Assembly (NCBI GenBank): GCA_951406725.2
Contig: OX597818.1
Span: 94,364,001 to 94,428,000 of the forward strand
Length of the DNA: 64,000 nt
Direction of reading: 5' to 3'
From: Octopus vulgaris
Lineage: Eukaryota
The notes under the pieces were generated by a model. It saw nothing but the letters and a program-made list of their open reading frames with translations, was not told the origin of the DNA and ran no database searches. The translations under genes were made by a program, and so were the position numbers. This document shows, piece by piece, positions 25,578 through 38,075 of the stretch (positions are counted from its first letter, which is position 1; the number at the start of each line of letters is the position of its first letter).

Positions 25578-27075
25578 TACACCAATGAACTGTATACCTT
25601 GGAGAAGGATGGGCTCTTACAGAAAGACCTATAATAGATACAAGGTTTTTAGAGTTAGCCAGTTGATTCATTGGATCATCAAGCTAACTCCAACTGAGAA
25701 AAGAAGTACATCTATATTTGGTGTACATTCTCCTCATATTATATTGTTATGCAATCTGAATAAATATTTGATCCAATATTAACCAAAATTTTCATGAATA
25801 AAAACAAAAGGAATTTTTTTTCTCTAAATACGTGATCAATAATTGAATGTATTTTATAATACTATTATTGATTTCTAACATTGGTACAAGGCCACACATT
25901 TGGAAGAAGGCTAGAGTTGATTAAATGAACCCAGGTACTACATTTTATTGATTCTCCAAATGAGACAAGGTAAAACTAGCCTCAGAGGCTTTTGAACTCA
26001 GATGTTATTGTCTCTGGTAACTACTTTAGTCACCAATACTAACTACTGCAGCTACTAATAACTAACATAGCTAATATTATTGACTATTATTGCTACCAAT
26101 ATCTAAACAATATTTTACACTACTATCACTCATAATCATCAATAACTACTATGACTATTATAACCTCTCATAGCTTTCAGTAACTACTAGAACTACAAAT
26201 AACCAACATAACCAACAATACTAACTATTATAATTACCAATTAGATTCAAATCTTGCAAGTTACTGCAGTAACTATCAATACTAAATACCATCAAGAAGG
26301 CCTTTGCATAGTCCCTCACCCAGCAAGAAATGTCAGCTAAATCTTCCTCAAATCCCACTCTACCATTTTATATTTGTAAAAGACACCTTTAATAATGTAG
26401 TTCTAATAAGGAGCACTCAGTCATAGTTCTCGGGGAGATTCAGCATGACACAGTGTGTGACAAGGCTGGCCCTTTGAAATACAGGTACTACTCAATTTTG
26501 CCAGCTGAGTGGACTGGAGCAACGTGAAATAAAGTGTCTTGCTCAAGGACACAATGTACCATTGGGAATTGAACTCATAACCTTACAACCATGAGCTGAA
26601 TGCCCCTAACCGCTAAGATATCTTTTAAAAAACCTCTTTAATAATCATTTTGGATCTATTCAATTTGACGTACAGATTATTTAATTATTTTTTTTAACTA
26701 AACACTTTGAAACTTCCGATACTGGTACAATTTGTCACATAGAACAGGGTTTACTCTTAATGTCATTGGCAAAATTTTGTATTTTAAAAGTTATTTCGTC
26801 AGAAGTTACAGAGTGACAATATACAAATTTGTGTTTGGTAAGTGCCAATACACGAAACTCTCAGCTTTTGACTTACTCTCTAACTTCTGCCGATGATATA
26901 TATACATATTACATATATGAGTAAAAAATCTCATCATATAATCGAACCAATGAAAGAGCCTCTACTTGGTCGCTCGACATGCTAAAAATAGCAGCCAAAG
27001 TATCTCCCTACCTGAATTACATGGCAATTATACGTAATGTCCTAGATTATCCCTAAAAAGACGGTTTGCTGAAGT

Positions 27076-27793
27076 CTGGAATGTCTTTGATGATAGGTTT
27101 CCTGTATCAGGGTTGATTTGAGGCTAAATAACAACAACATTATGGTAAATTTCTATATTAACACCTGCACGATTTTCACTAAGAATAAAACCCAAAAAAA
27201 TTGGATTTTTTGCAGGGAATCAAGTACCCTGACCTCCTAATATGTTGCAAATCCCTTCATTTAGTTCGGAAAAAATGGGGGTGAGACAAAGGGGGACCCG
27301 CCCCTCTCCAATCCCGGAATCATTGGAAATTTTTTTTTTTTGGTTGAATGAGTTCCTGTGACCTCCTAATAGGCTACAAAACCCTTTTTTCGGGTCTAAA
27401 AAATGGGGTGGGGTGAGGTGGAAGCCTTTTTTTTTTTACGAGCTTAGTGAAAATCATGCAGATGCAAAGATCAATGGGGGTGGGGATGGGGTGAAATTTT
27501 CCAGGCTTCCACCTCATCCCACCCCGTAATGGGTTTTGTAGCATATTAGGAGGTCACAGGAATTCATTCAACGGGAAAAAAATTTCCAATGATTCTGGGA
27601 TGGAGGAATCCCCCTCCTTTTTGCCGAACCAGAATAAGGGATTTGCAGCATATTAGGAGGTCAGGGTACTTGATTGCACGCAAAAAGTCCAAATGAAAAT
27701 CGTGCAGGTGTTAATATAGAAATTTACCATAATTTTGTTTTTCTGCCTCAAATCAACCCTGATACAGCAAACCTATCATCAAAGACATTCCAG
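27076..27793. mobile_element. foldback/MITE-like element with long (about 300 bp) inverted arms
   Basis: 27076-~27420 is the reverse complement of ~27510-27793, with internal subrepeats gacctcctaata; the outer about 60 bp of both arms is a SINE 3' tail. Confidence 0.8.
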
Positions 27794-28053
27794 CCAGGTA
27801 AAAATCCCTGCCATTAATTTGGCGTGGATGGATAATCAAATAATTCAATCACAACATATATTTAAATTAAACTTGAAAAAAATTGAAATATTATCATCAC
27901 TTACATGGAAAAATTGAAATATTATCTTTCAGTATTTTATAAGGTAAAATCTTAAATTATTAATTGACACATTATTAATTATCTTATAACAGCAATGCCT
28001 TGAAAAATCATGGATTACATGGAAAAATGTGAGCATAGAAAGCAATATTCTTA

Positions 28054-28493
28054 AGATTATAAACCTGAAAAAGTACAGGACAAGTTATTACACCTGTAAA
28101 AGTATAGGACAAGCTATTACTTCTAGTAAAGTAAAGAATAAGATATATTTTAATGAAAACATTGCAGCTAAAATTAAAATTTGAATATTAAAAATTAATT
28201 ATTTATAGTTTACAAATAACACTATACTTATTTAAGTAGAATTTGGCTAATTTACTACCTTGAATGCAGAAAAAAGTGACTAATTAGACAAACTTATAAA
28301 TTAGCTGAACAGTTTTGTACAATAAATTTAAAAGATGAGAACTGTAAAGAGTGATAAATTAGAAGAACTGGCATTCTTTGTTGCTATATTTTAAGTAAAT
28401 AGTTTCTTATTCTTTACTTTACTAGAAGTAATAGTTTGTCATATAGTTTTACAGGTGTAATAACTTGTCCTGTACTTTTCCAGGTTTATAATC
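28054..28493. mobile_element. MITE with about 90-bp TIRs
   Basis: agattataaacctgaaaaagtacaggacaagttattacacctgtaaaa...gtaaagaataaga is mirrored at 28405-28494; the right end is interrupted by the Gypsy LTR. Confidence 0.85.
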
Positions 28494-28788
28494 TGTGGTG
28501 TCGGTGGAGAGGATGACAGATAGGGGAGGGTGGAAGTAGGGCTTGCAGGGCGCATACGCAGCAGGAAGTGGAAGCGGTGATGGACGACGCACGTGTGGCA
28601 TCAACGAGGCGGGAGTTGGAGCTGAGACGCGGAAGCAACTGGACGCTGAGTTTGGTAGACTAATCTTCGCCGAGGTAAGACCTAATTATATTTCCTTTCT
28701 CCTTTTCTGTTGGCCTCTTCATCATTCACACGACAAGCTATGTCGGCATATAAACAAAAACAATTCTCACATGGTTTTATAAATAAAA

Positions 28789-29517
28789 ATGATGATGAGT
28801 GCTCGTATTTCGCACGAAATTATAAAACCGTTTTGCGGCGACACGGATGTAGTCGCTTGGCTGAAGAAAGTGAAGTTGGTGGCGAAGCTCCATGGTATAA
28901 GTGACCTGGCGAGCTTCATGCCGCTGTACTTGGATGGACCGGCGTTGGCGTTGTATTTAGAGATGGAAGAGACAGACCAACTCAACGTGGAGAAAGTAGA
29001 AGTCCGGTTGATGGAGGCCTTTGCAGAGGGAATATTCGAGGCATACACTCGCCTGGGTAGAACAAGATGGACTGGGCAACAGGTGGACATGTTTGCCAAT
29101 GAACTTAGGAGATTGGCTAAACTGGCGGGTTACGAGGGAAAGTCGCTGGATCGGACAGTTAGGTTGGCGTTCGTGACTGGCTTTCCTGACAACATGTCGG
29201 TCGAGCTACAGCAGCTTCCGAATGTGCATTCGATGCCGATGGCGGACATCATATCTCGGGCATGCGTACTGGTTTCGTGCAGCAGGATGACGTCGGTAGC
29301 AGCGACTGCAACATCGAAAAGTGGCCCAGCTAGGAGCAGCAGAGAGGGGCTAAAGAAAGGACATGTGCAACCGTTCAAAGGACAGTGTTTCCGGTGCCAA
29401 GGTCCACACGTGGTGCGTGACTGTGTGTCACCCAAGCCTGAGGTGATTTGCTACTGGTGTCGAGAGCCGGGGCATATAGCCAGCGAGTGTCTGCGGGGAA
29501 ACGGACTGCGCCGGTAG
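28789..29517 (+). CDS. gag: Gypsy Gag (242 aa, two CCHC zinc knuckles)
   Basis: Intact ORF with CFRCQGPHVVRDC and CYWCREPGHIASEC. Confidence 0.9.
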   Translation: MMMSARISHEIIKPFCGDTDVVAWLKKVKLVAKLHGISDLASFMPLYLDGPALALYLEMEETDQLNVEKVEVRLMEAFAEGIFEAYTRLGRTRWTGQQVDMFANELRRLAKLAGYEGKSLDRTVRLAFVTGFPDNMSVELQQLPNVHSMPMADIISRACVLVSCSRMTSVAATATSKSGPARSSREGLKKGHVQPFKGQCFRCQGPHVVRDCVSPKPEVICYWCREPGHIASECLRGNGLRR

Positions 29518-29560
29518 TTGTCCCTTCGGATCAGTAGAGGCGCGCTTATCATCGCTACCT

Positions 29561-30168
29561 GTGGTTGACATTCTGGTGGAGGGGAAGATGTCACGAGCCC
29601 TTGTGGACACAGGCTGTACAACAACCCTGATGACTACAGAAGTGGCAGAGACATGGAGTGGAGGAAGCAGTGTTAGAGCTGTCGACGGAAGAGAAGTACA
29701 CTGCGAAGGGGTTACAGATGCGCGGATTGTGGTGCAGGGACTACAGCTGACGCTGCGAGCGATCGTGGTTGGTCACTTGGTGGACGAGATTGACGTGGTG
29801 ATGGGGATGGATGCAATCACCCGCTTGGGAGGTGTCACTGTTAACGAGGCTGGTGTAACATTTGGGTCGGCGGGGAAACTGTGTAGGGCGAGAGCATGCA
29901 CCGGCGACAACCGTGAGGAAAAGCATGCTGCGCATGCCATTGAAGACCAGAATTTTCGGGCTGTCTTTGATGGCAAGAGGTGGACAGTGGAGTGGCACTG
30001 GAAGGGAGAGCCCCTGATGTTAAAGAATAAAGTGGGCTGCTATCAGCATACTCTGAAAGGAGATGCCAGAAGTGAGTTCGAGGGGGAGGTGGAACGGTGG
30101 ATTAAGGAGGGCATATTGATCCCCTGGGAAAAAGAAGAGAGCGGAGTCCTGCCACTGATGGTGGTGAT
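29561..30168 (+). pseudogene. pol: Gypsy Pol N-terminus: aspartic protease and truncated RT
   Basis: ALVDTGC catalytic motif, VVMGMD, EVERWIKEGILIP; homology to the second element stops at PLMVV. Confidence 0.85.
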
Positions 30169-30219
30169 TTGGACAGTACTCGCGTGTATGTGCACACACA
30201 CGCAGCTGTATATGCATGC

Positions 30220-30260
30220 ACTAGCACTATGACCCAGCAACGCCGGGTCATAGTGCTAGT
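30220..30260. mobile_element. palindromic Helitron 3'-end remnant
   Basis: actagcactatgaccc agcaacgcc gggtcatagtgctagt: perfect 16-bp stem; the loop region matches the hairpin of the Helitron at 15543-15570. Confidence 0.7.
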
Positions 30261-30373
30261 ATATATAAATATATACCAGACCATCAGATGTTGTTACACA
30301 TCGCTGGTCACAATGCGCTCGCATTGTTTTAGCCTTCGAATGACGTCACCTCGCTGGCTAAGCGAGCAGGCGA

Positions 30374-30431
<58 letters not shown>

Positions 30432-30520
30432 TATAAGGCAATGAACTCAAAAACAAGACATACTAATAATACAAGTTTTAACAAATGTATTAGTTTAATT
30501 CTTAAAAAGAGGGGAAAGAG

Positions 30521-30556
30521 TTTTGACGTTTTGGATGCTAGTTCTTCATCAGAAAA
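30521..30556 (-). ncRNA. degenerate minimal hammerhead in PLE tail
   Basis: tttt CTGATGA A gaactagcatcc AAAA cg TC aaaa; the flank acaaatgtattagt is shared with the 21523 copy; adjacent to (TA)n. Confidence 0.5.
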
Positions 30557-31427
30557 AATAAAGGAACAAAAAAATGTGCTAGGAAAAGTGATTACACAAG
30601 CTACTTTCAGTTTCTATCGACCGAATTCAGTTATAAGGGTTTGGTTGGCCTGGGGCTATAGTAGAAGGCAGTTTCCTAAGATGGTGCACAGTGAGACTAA
30701 ACCTAAAACCATGGGGTTGGAATGTAATCAATTCATTCAACAAGAATAGAGATGAAATAGTGACACCTGCTTTTTATTTTATTTTTCTTTACTGGATAGA
30801 TAATTTGGATAGACACAATAATGTAGTTACTAAAAAAGGCAGATAGGTAGAATGAAATAAAAAAAGTTGTTCCGCTGATGACTTGAAAAAAACGACTGGT
30901 GTATCAATGACTAATTCTTGAAAGCATTGAAAGAGTTAGATATATTGAAAACAAATAACAGATTATCAACAGTCACTGACAAAAGTTTTGTTGCAGTGAA
31001 GTAAGCCATACATTTGTGTCTACCTTGTCAAATGTTCACTGTTATTCATTATTAAATGATTTTGCAACTGCAACACAGCTTTTATTGGTTATTTAGTTAT
31101 ATGTTTACAATGTAAACATAAACCCACTCACTTTGATAACAATTTTATTGCAACATGCTACATGCAATACATCATTGAAATATCTGATATATTATTTCTC
31201 TGTCTAGATTTTTTTAAATGTTGTTCTCTCTACTATATTGTTTAAGATGTATCGTGGAAGTGGGCAACATTATATGTGTGGGTAGTAGTAGCAGTGGTTG
31301 CAGCAGCAGCAGTAGCAGCAGTAGCGGTGGTGGTGGTGGTGGTGGTGGTAGTGGTGGTGGTGGTGGTGGTGGTAATTGTTGTTGTGGTGGTGGTGGTGGT
31401 AATTGTTGTGGTGGTTGTGGTGGTGGT

Positions 31428-33141
31428 GATAATAGCAGGTTTGTTTGCTTTTTTTAAAAATCAGTTTTATTCTCTTCGTGCACACTTGGCACCTTTTTTT
31501 TAAACTGAATTTCACGTCACTTCCTACAATGAATCTGGGTACTGTATAAAACAGTGTTTCTGGTTGTTTATCATCTGCATTGGTCTTCTATACACAAAAT
31601 TGCATTTGTAGGTATGTTCCCTGCTGAGTAGCATTTTGGCTTAAGGTATTAAAACCTTAGTTGTGGTGGAGGTTGTAGTAGTTTTAGTAGTAGTATTTGG
31701 AGTTGTTGTTTAGCAGCAGGTCAACCTTGATTGAGCAAACTTATAACAAAAGCCTATCTAGACATAACTATATTATATTTTGAAAATATTAGCCATGAAT
31801 AAGGTAGCACCATGAATACTTACTGGCTGTGTGGTAAGGAAGCTCACTCTGCCACTACATGGTTTCAGATTCAGTCTTGCTGAGAGGCACCTTGGGCAAA
31901 TGTTTTTTACCATAGCTTTGAGATGATCAAAGCCTTGTGTGTGAATTTGGTAGATGTAAACTGTGTGGAAGTACTTCAGATCTATGTGTTTATTTGTGCC
32001 CCTCCACTGCTTAGGTACAAGGCCCGGAATGTTTTGTGGGGAGGGAGCCAGTCGATTAGATCTACCCCAGTATGCAACTGGTACTTAATTTGTAGACCCA
32101 CAAAGAATGAAAGGCAAAGTCGACCTCAGCAGAACTTGAACTCAGAACATAAAGACAGACGAAATACTGCTAAGAATTTCACCCAGCGTGCTGACGTTTC
32201 TGCCAGCTCATCGCCTTAACTGATAAAAGATATTATAAGGAAAATATTCTAAAGAGACTTTGTTCTTCATTCTTTTCTGTCTGGCTTTAACAACTTAAGC
32301 CAAAATGCTAATCGGGGTGGATATACTTCCAAATGCACCTTTGTTGGTAACAAAAGGCCACTCGCTTAGAGTGAAAAGCAAATTGTATGACACCTGTGAG
32401 CAAATAGCCATGCTACATGGCAGTGAAACATGGGCTGTGACTGTAGAGGACATGTGAAGGCTTGAAAGAAATGAAACTAGTATGCTTTGCAGGATGTGAA
32501 TCGTCAATGTGCATGTATGATAGAGTGTAAGCATCTTGAGAGGAAAATTGAGCATAAAAACATCAGAAGTGATGTGCAAGAGAGAAGACTGCACTGATGT
32601 TTTGTATAGAAGTGCCGACCTCTAACTGTGGAGGGAATGTGTGGAAGAGATAGACCTAGGAAGACATAAGACAAGGTGGTAAAGCATGATCTTTGAATGT
32701 TGAATCTCACGGAGGCAATGACAAGTGATTGAGACCTTTGGTGATTTTCTGTACTTGAGAAAACATGTCAAGTCAAGAGGAATTATAGTCATGGCCAGTG
32801 CCAGTGATGTAAAAGGTGCCCATTACATTCTTGGAGTGGTTTGTGTTAGGAATGGTGTCTAGTCGTTGAAACCAAGCCAATCCTGACTGAAGCCTGGTAC
32901 AGCTCTCTTGCTTACCAGTTCCAGTCAAACCATCTAACCCATGCCAGCATGGAAAATGGATGCTCTAAATAATAATGATGATGGTAATGATGACTGAAGA
33001 TGATAAACAACTAGAAAGATTGTTTATACAGTACCAAGACTCAGTCTAGGAATTTACATGAAATTCTGTTTAAAAAAAAGGTGCCAAGTCAGCATGAAGA
33101 GAGAAAACTGATTAAAAATGCAAACAAACCTACAATTACCA
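31428..33141. mobile_element. old TIR element (about 145-bp arms) with nested SINE/RTE insertions
   Basis: 31428-31576 is the diverged reverse complement of 32998-33141 (for example cttggcaccttttttttaaac / gtttaaaaaaaaggtgccaag). Confidence 0.65.
32280..32770 (+). mobile_element. RTE LINE 3' fragment
   Basis: LPxLVTK...RVKSKLYD...AMLHGSETWAVTVED, same family as 4470-4900. Further fragments at about 52500-52670, 54620-55330 (endonuclease part) and 60210-60400. Confidence 0.75.
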
Positions 33142-34638
33142 TGTTAAAGAAACAGAGATAAGAGAATTATACGAAACACAGGGTTACAAATATTTAGGAA
33201 TTAATGAACAGTGTACAATGCATCATCCTCATCATCATCATCGTCATCGTCACCACCACCACCACCACACATCATCATTGTTGTCATCATCATTATCATC
33301 ATCATCATCATCATCATTATCATTTTAATGTCCATTTTTCATTTAGAATAAGAACAAATATGCAAATATTCATTCCTGGTTTCACTGTGGACGGTGTAAA
33401 CAACACTGTTTTTTAATAGTTGGCCAATATAAGTACTGACCAGCATACAATTCTGTTCACTGAAAGCATAAACAAAGCCAGCAGGTTTTGCAAGTCTCAA
33501 AGTTCCAGTTAATTCTGTTTGATGGGACACAGCATGTTGAAACACTGGTGTCCCAGAATGCTATGCACTAATGAGAAGAGTATATTGAACATACTGTTGT
33601 CTAAAAGGAAGAAGTTATTCTCCTAAGACATGCACTACAGTACCTAGCATATTTTGCATCTGAACCTGCCTAGACATGTTAATAGATATGCAAATATTCA
33701 TTCCTAATTTCACAGTAGACAGTACAAACAAGTGTTTCTTTTTTATTTAAATATATAGGTGAAGGCATGGCTGTGGGGTAAAAAGCTTGCTTCCCAACTG
33801 TGTGGTTCTGGGTTCAGTCCCACTGTGTGGTACCTTGGGCAAGTGTCTTCTAGTACATCTTCAGGCCAGCCAAAGCTTATATATATATATATATATACTT
33901 TTTTAAAAACGAACTATTTTGATATATATATATGATATATTTTTAATCAAGATGTAAAGAAATTTTTTTAATTCATTGATATGTTTTAGTAATTCATTTC
34001 GATTACCTATTTTAGTTGATTTCTTTATACTTTTTCTTGACAGGCCCTTCTATATATTTTGTATTTTTATATGTGCATATATATTTTTTACCTTCTGTGC
34101 TTATATATATATTTCTTTTATATGTTGAAGGCGATGGTATTTTTTGTATATATGCTGAAATGAGGTAATATAAAGTAATATAAAGCTGTTGGCCCGAATT
34201 TGACATTTGTTCACTAATTGGTGATTTTTTGTCTCTGTCTCAATTTCATTTGGGCACTTCTTTTTACAGTCATATATATCTATTTTGGTGGGGGTTCAGT
34301 CCCACTGTGTGGCACCTTGCGCAAGTGTCTTCTACTATAGTCTCGGGCCGACCAAAGCCTTGTGAGTGGATCTTGGTAGACAGAAACTGAAAGAAGCCTG
34401 TCGTATATGTGTGTGTGTGTCTGTTTGTGTATCTATGTTTGTCTCCCCAACATGGTTTGACAACCGATGCTGGTGTGTTTATGTCCTCGTAACTTGGCAG
34501 TTCAGCAGAGGAGACTGATAGAATAAGTACTAGGCTTACAAAGTATAAGTCCTGGGTCAATTTGCTCAACTAAAAGGTGGTGCTCCAGCATGGCCACAGT
34601 CAAATGACTGAAACAAATAAAAGAATAAAAGGATAAAA

Positions 34639-34681
<43 letters not shown>

Positions 34682-35412
34682 TATCAACAGTTTATATGTG
34701 TGTGTGTGTGTGTCTGTGTGTGTGTGTATACACATACTTACACACACATGTATATAAATTTTGATTTCTAGCAGTTGTGCTAAATAGTTTGTAAGCAATC
34801 TAAAACTCAAAGTGAGAAAACAATTTGAAAATCCAAGATTTTTTAATCACTACAACCAACTTCATTCACTGAATGGCTTTGGACAAACTCAAAGAACCAA
34901 AAACCTATTCACACCCCAAATTTACTTATACACACTTGTTCTCTCTGAGCTGTGTTTTCTCTTTCTCTCTTGCATCATTACTTCTGCTATAGTCTTGGTT
35001 CCTTATATCATGCTAAATCCATTAAACCCTCCTGTTTCCCCTATTTGTCTTTTTACCTGCCATGCAATTGTCTCACACAAGCTTAGCTCTATGCTAAACA
35101 TTTTGATGAATTCTTTTTTGTTTCATAGCTGTCATCCACTCAGACTACCTCTTTAACTTTATCTGTGTTTCATGATGATTGCTGTTATTCCAGTATTCTT
35201 TTATTCTTTTACTTGTTTCAGTAATTTGACTGCAGCCATGCTGGAGCACTGCCTTTAATCAAGCAAATCAACCTATTCTTTGTAAGCCTAGTACTTGGTC
35301 TATCGGTTTCTTTTGCTGAACCGCTAAGTTACGGGGGATGTAAATACACCAGCATCGGTTGTCAAGCGATGTTGGGGGGACAAACACAGACATACAAATA
35401 TACACACACACA

Positions 35413-35482
<70 letters not shown>

Positions 35483-36849
35483 CACAACGGGCTTCTTCCA
35501 GTTTCCATCTACCAAATCCACTCACAAGGCTTTGGTCAGCCCAAGGATATAGTAGAAGACACTTGCCCAGAAGACATGCAGTGGGACTGAGCCTGGAGTC
35601 ATGTGGTTGGTAAACAAGCTACTTACCACACAGCCACTCCTTCACAAACATATATCTTTCCTATATTTTGATATATTTCCTCCGAGCAGTAAAAATATGG
35701 ATTTTTATATATGTACAAGGCCACTAATTTCAAGAGAGCTTATAATTGGTTGATTTGATCCCATTATTATTATAATGGTAGAAAAGTAAAAAAAAGAAAA
35801 CATATTTTCTAGGGGACATGTTCAAGACAGTATAGTGATAAAAGCCTCAGGGAAGATGAGTAAGAACATGATCCCACCCAACGTGAGTATCATAATGTGA
35901 GAGAACTGAGAAAGGACAGGTAGCAGGACATAGGTGGTTGATGCATGCAGTAGAGAGATATAGATATTCAACATGTACATATTGAGTGCTAAATTAAGAG
36001 TTACAAATTACAGTGAGTGGAAGAGACAGATATATGTATGTGGCCATTACACTATTCTGCAAATCGTTTGACTTCAACATGCTACCAATTCAAACATCAA
36101 CTCAACTTCATTCAGTCATACAATATGGCTTTCAAATTTTGGCACAAGGCCAGCAATTTCGAGAAACGCATGTATGTCAGTTAGATCCATCCCAATGCTC
36201 AACTGGTACTTGTTTGATCGGCCTCCAAAGGGTGAATGGAAAAACTCACCTCAACAAAATTTGAACACAGATGTAAAGACAGAAGAAATGCCATGAAGCA
36301 TTTTGCTCAGCATCCTAATGTTTCTGCCAGCTTACCACCTTCCAATTTACAAAATTAATGATTCTTAATATAACTCAGTGCATTTAGAATAAAAAGCAGG
36401 AAAAACATAAGTTTCATATATAGTTCATAATTCAGTCATCCTCTACATCTGTTTCACTGGCGTAAAACATCACGGTTTATATAATTACATAATTAAAATA
36501 CATAATTGATTTAAAAGTGATGTGTTACCCATATCTTCATGAAAAAGAAACATAGTATTGCTGTCTCAATGATCTTTTACACCGATCCTGTATACACATG
36601 CAATTTTATTCCACCAGGATTTACTGCATTGTAATAACATATCTGTATTTAATATTAACTGAGCTCTTAATTCCCATGGATATAATTTTTGATGTTTATA
36701 CATTAATTCTATATATAGATCTAATCAAGGTATAAAGTTGATTTCAAACAATAACAAACTTATAATTGATGTTAATGAAACTGGCTCATTAACTTGCATC
36801 ACCAGTTTATTTTTTATTATTATTATATTATTTTTTTATTTCATCATCA

Positions 36850-37320
36850 TCATTATTATTATTATTGAGTGAGAGAGTAGCACATGCCATCAAAGTGATA
36901 CTGGGGTTAAATATACGAAGCCCTATATACCCATCATGACTACCCAACTGATAAAAGTACACCAGACACATGCATCACAATCATATATGTGTGATATGGT
37001 GATTGATCTCATATCAAGATAAACAGCACATGACCTTGCAGGTGGGGGCCACTTAGAATTTTCTTCAGGTCAAATAGCCCATCCCATTCAAAAGGTCCCT
37101 GATGTTGCATGAAACACACATGTTTCCAGAGGTGAATTATTCAAACCCCAAAGAATTCCTCTCAACACATAGCTACGATGTTCTCCTACTACTTCTGCTC
37201 ATGATCAGAGATGCACATATCGTCAGCCACTAAGGAATATGCTCAACTGGTTATGGTCAAACAACTGACAAGCAGATCTGTGGTATTGAGCAGAATATTT
37301 ACTGTAGCCCATCTTTTGCA
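36850..37320 (-). mobile_element. 3' end of a retroposon with (AAT)n tail
   Basis: Ends ctctctcactcaataataat on the minus strand; a second partial copy lies at 40250-40450. Confidence 0.55.
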
Positions 37321-37447
37321 CCACAGAGGTTGACTTTGCCTTTCATCCTTTTGGGGTTGATAAATTAAGTACCAGTAACACTGGGGTGCATGTAATCAAC
37401 TAGTCCCCTTCCTCCAGATTTCAGGCCTTTTGTCTAGAGTAGAAAGG

Positions 37448-37506
<59 letters not shown>

Positions 37507-37720
37507 GGCAGTGAGCTAGCAAAATTGTTAGCATGCCAAGCAAAATGCTTAGTGGCATTTCGTCTGCCATTACGTTCTGAGTTCAAATTCCACCAAGGTT
37601 GACATTGTCGTTCATCCTTTTGGTGTTGATAAATTAAGTACTAGTAAAACACTGGGGTTGATGTAATTGACTAGTCCCCTCCCACAAAATTTCAGGCACG
37701 GTGCTTTTAGTAGAAAGGAT

Positions 37721-37722
37721 TA

Positions 37723-37783
<61 letters not shown>

Positions 37784-37998
37784 CATTATTATCATGTTGT
37801 ATTATTATTATTATATTATTATATTTTATTTTATTATTATATTAAGGAGCCAAAATGGTAGAATCTTCTTCTTCTTCTTCTTCTTCTTCTTCTTCTTCTT
37901 CTTCTTCTTCTTCTTCTTCTTCTTCTTCTTCTTTTTCTTCTCTTCGTCTTCGTCGTCGTTGTCATCATCATCATCATCGTTATCATCATCATCACCAC

Positions 37999-38054
<56 letters not shown>

Positions 38055-38075
38055 CGTCATCATCATCATCATCAT
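37721..38075. repeat. compound trinucleotide microsatellite (TAT)n-(TTC)n-(CAT)n
   Basis: Seen directly; partly tails of the flanking SINE B and RTE-tail elements. Confidence 0.95.

Larger units (their letters stand above)
28494..30168 (+). mobile_element. Ty3/Gypsy LTR retrotransposon, 3'-truncated (5' LTR 28494-28735)
   Basis: TG...CA LTR with terminal inverted tgtggtgt/acacgaca, followed by gag, protease and the start of RT; homologous to the full element at 40522; GC- and CpG-rich, so relatively young. Confidence 0.9.

Noticed and set aside
28494-28735. Tf1-like self-priming as the explanation for the AGCT PBS
   Set aside because: Neither LTR contains the 12-nt complement of its PBS; only 5-6 nt matches (gccga, gctga) were found by eye.
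30872-30900. CTGATGA motifs at 30875, 62475 and 62809
   Set aside because: None has a stem II followed by GAAA and a closing stem I; these are chance heptamers.
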